Positions 62,462 through 64,000 of a stretch of 64,000 nt of DNA are shown piece by piece. The stretch is from the NCBI GenBank assembly GCA_023205875.1, contig CP060757.1:186001-250000 (forward strand). Reading direction: 5' to 3'. Each line of letters begins with the position of its first letter. Position 1 is the stretch's first letter. The notes under the pieces are model-generated. The model was not told the origin of the DNA and did no database searches. It was given only the letters and a program-made list of their open reading frames with translations. The position numbers and the translations under genes were made by a program. The stretch comes from Chloropicon primus (Eukaryota).

Positions 62462-64000
62462 GATGATTGAGCGCTGCCCTGCAAGGTTTCCTCTACAAGG
62501 TTTGCGGTACGCGTCGTGGTCGTCGTCGCCGTCCTCGCGCGCGACAACCCCAAAGTGAACAACACAAGAAAAACACTAGCAAGACAAACAAGACGCTTTC
62601 GGTCAGCCAACCCAATTCACAAAGGCCTCGACGACTTCGTGCTGCTGTTGGTGCTGTTGTTGTTGGTGGTGGTGGTGGTGATGATGACGATGATGGCCAT
62701 GACCCACGCCGCAAAGGGGAAAGGAAAACTTGACACCCGCAAAGCAAGGGAGGAGGGTCCTGCTCCGAATGGAGAGACGGCCGCGGCGGCTCGTCCTCCG
62801 TCGGGTGCTCCCCGGGCCGCGCAATCCCCCCGATGGGAGGACCCTCGACCCCAGCGGCGCGATCCGATTGCCAATGATGGGCATCACCGGAGGGTTTGCA
62901 CTCCGTGAGAGTTGCACTCGCGGGGGATGGGCCAGTCGATCCCTTTGGAGAGGCCTGAGGAGGAACGCGAGGCCTTCCCTCGAGGCATCGTTCCCGTCCC
63001 ACGACTCCACTGGTCCCTCCCCCCCTTCCCCTCCCTCCCCTTCCCAAACCCCTCCTCCCTCACTCCCAGCCACACCTCTCTCTCTCTCCCTCTCTCTCTC
63101 TCGTTGTTCGGTCGCTCGTGGCCTCGTCGGTCGCCCCTCAAGGCGCATCGTGTTCCTCGTCCCGTGTCTCTTCTCACGTTCCTCGTCCACCTCGTAACAC
63201 ACCTCGTCTCCGACCCCTTTTCCTACCTTCGTGTCCCGTCGTGGCCGCGGTTTGCCCTCTTACCTCTCAGTGTTCCCAAGCGCCAAGGCGATTGCGATCG
63301 CTCCCCTCACTGATCGCTGTCCTCAGCCAGCCACCTCGCGCAGGGGGTGGGAAATCTTGTAGACCACGGGGAGGAAATATTAACCCTAAAGGGGTGGAAC
63401 ATTTTACGAGTGACGTCACATTGGAGGACAACGAAATGACTTTTCCAAAGGTTATGGAAAGGAATTAACATGAAGAATACACATTGAGGGTGGTGTCGTA
63501 TGGGGGAAAGGGAAGATTTCTGCGTTCGGTCGTACGACGAATTTTGGTTCTTTGGCCTTGGCATGTGAGGTCCGTGGTGGTCACGAGGGGGTAGTAAGGG
63601 TTTACTACAAGGGAGGCAGGCCTGCGGCGGCTGGAGGGAAGGGAGCCCAAGAGCAAGAGGAGCACTGGCCCAGCGTCATCACAAACGGGGGGGAAGGAGG
63701 AGAGAGAGAGGGAGGGAGGGAAGGGAGAGTGTTTGCTTGCTTGCTTCTTGGCTTGTTCTTAACTTATCTGATCGGATTGCCTTTTCCAAGGGAGGGAGGG
63801 GGAAGAACTTTGTTTTCCTTAATTGCTTTCGAAGTGGAGTGAGATTGCCGTGACAGCATGGACGACGAGGTGGAGGTGTGGACACAATCGCAATTGCACA
63901 ATTACAATCGCAATTGTTGCAAAACTCAAGTTCAAAATCAGGGTTATACCTCGAGGTGTGACTGTGTCTCGTTCTCTCCTCCTCCTCTTCGATGCATGCT

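Noticed and set aside
63381..63420. TAACCCTAAA and TGACGTCA as telomerase RNA template or promoter elements
   Set aside because: Single short matches with no supporting structure; not distinguishable from chance.

Overview
Gene-dense, GC-rich eukaryotic nuclear DNA with short GT-AG introns and many microsatellites. A plastid-targeted NADP-malate dehydrogenase and a GT29 sialyltransferase-like gene point to a compact picoplanktonic green alga; Chloropicon-like is my inference, not verified. About 31 protein-coding genes can be built, often in divergent pairs: ceramide synthase, WDR70, CAX, NEK6/7-like kinase, KNL1, MO25, DUF1640, a divergent Mago nashi, TMEM230-like, p24, PIG-C, ZMAT2, GT29, BRCA2, mitochondrial S1-like, DDB1, a RING-H2 ligase, CHIP, an EamA transporter, NADP-MDH, a 2OG-Fe(II) oxygenase, RPS21, PUS7, DRG and a BED-finger protein. 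There are also two giant cell-surface proteins. No rRNA, tRNA, CRISPR array or intact transposon was seen. Highlights: (1) a ~35-bp fixed-spacing, strand-oriented motif upstream of at least 11 genes, arranged as outward-facing pairs 250-310 bp apart and as tandem copies 177-188 bp apart, suggesting a nucleosome-scale promoter code; (2) a BRCA2 with an N-terminal Tudor-like domain and six near-identical 174-bp BRC repeats; (3) a ~2646-aa receptor-like protein with a mosaic array of ten 213-bp Cys-rich repeats; (4) a surface protein with bacterial-looking domains. All family assignments come from motif recognition by eye; no database search was run.
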